Shown in pieces: positions 4,898-5,233 of a stretch of DNA of 5,233 nucleotides. The notes under the pieces were generated by a model. The model was not told the DNA's origin. It saw only the letters and a program-made list of their open reading frames with translations, and made no database searches. The stretch lies in the IMG/VR virus record IMGVR_UViG_2660238548_000009; one strand, given 5' to 3'. Every line of letters starts with the position of its first letter. Within the stretch, counting starts at the first letter, position 1. This DNA comes from a virus (Duplodnaviria; Heunggongvirae; Uroviricota; Caudoviricetes). Position numbers and translations under genes: made by a program.

Positions 4898-5098
4898 ATG
4901 GAACAACGCATAACCCTGAAAGATTATGCAATACGCTTTGGGCAAACCAAGGCGGCTAAAGATCTCGGCGTATATCAAAGCGCGATTAACAAGGCCATTC
5001 ATGCAGGCCGAAAGATTTTTTTAACTATAAACGCTGATGGAAGCGTTTATGCGGAAGAAATAAAGCCCTTCCCAAGTAACAAAAAAACAACTGCATAA
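4898..5098 (+). CDS. cro: Cro repressor, lambda-type (66 aa)
   Basis: [66 protein letters not shown] is near-identical to lambda Cro as recalled (three conservative differences). Sits directly downstream of PR/OR1. Confidence 0.95.
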   Translation: MEQRITLKDYAIRFGQTKAAKDLGVYQSAINKAIHAGRKIFLTINADGSVYAEEIKPFPSNKKTTA

Positions 5099-5233
5099 GT
5101 AACACCGTGAGGTGTACTGGCAATAGCGGACACTACCATTTGTTCTTTTTTTAAGCAGCCATCTGATGATATTTTTCCCTGAAGGCTGCCGGGGAGATAT
5201 TCCCCAGACGAGAGTGACGACGCTGACGATTGT

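Overview
This window is a lambdoid prophage immunity region, read right to left on the minus strand except cro: cIII (5' end, cut by the window edge) <- 103-aa gene <- 156-aa gene <- N antiterminator <- nutL boxB <- PL/OL1-3 ... intrinsic terminator <- 55-aa small ORF <- 348-aa Hanks-type protein kinase <- 153-aa protein <- 113-aa protein <- cI repressor <- PRM/OR3-OR2-OR1/PR -> cro. The cI, cro, OR, OL, PL, PR and PRM sequences are lambda-type and near-identical to lambda as I recall it; no search was run. The main finding is that the position where lambda carries rexA-rexB (between cI and the terminator next to OL) holds a different, tightly packed operon: a 113-aa protein, a 153-aa protein translationally coupled to a eukaryotic-like Ser/Thr kinase, and a lysine-rich 55-aa ORF. 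It is co-oriented with cI and so is presumably expressed from PRM in the lysogen. I interpret it as a candidate kinase-based phage-exclusion or abortive-infection module; the accessory proteins are uncharacterised. Other points: a 15-bp direct repeat duplicating the cI 3' end flanks the 113-aa gene; the N/nutL module is not lambda-type (boxB is GCGCUGACAAAGCGC); non-lambda genes sit in the ea10 and ral/sieB slots; OR1 and OL2 carry the same single-base change. All functional assignments rest on motifs read by eye.
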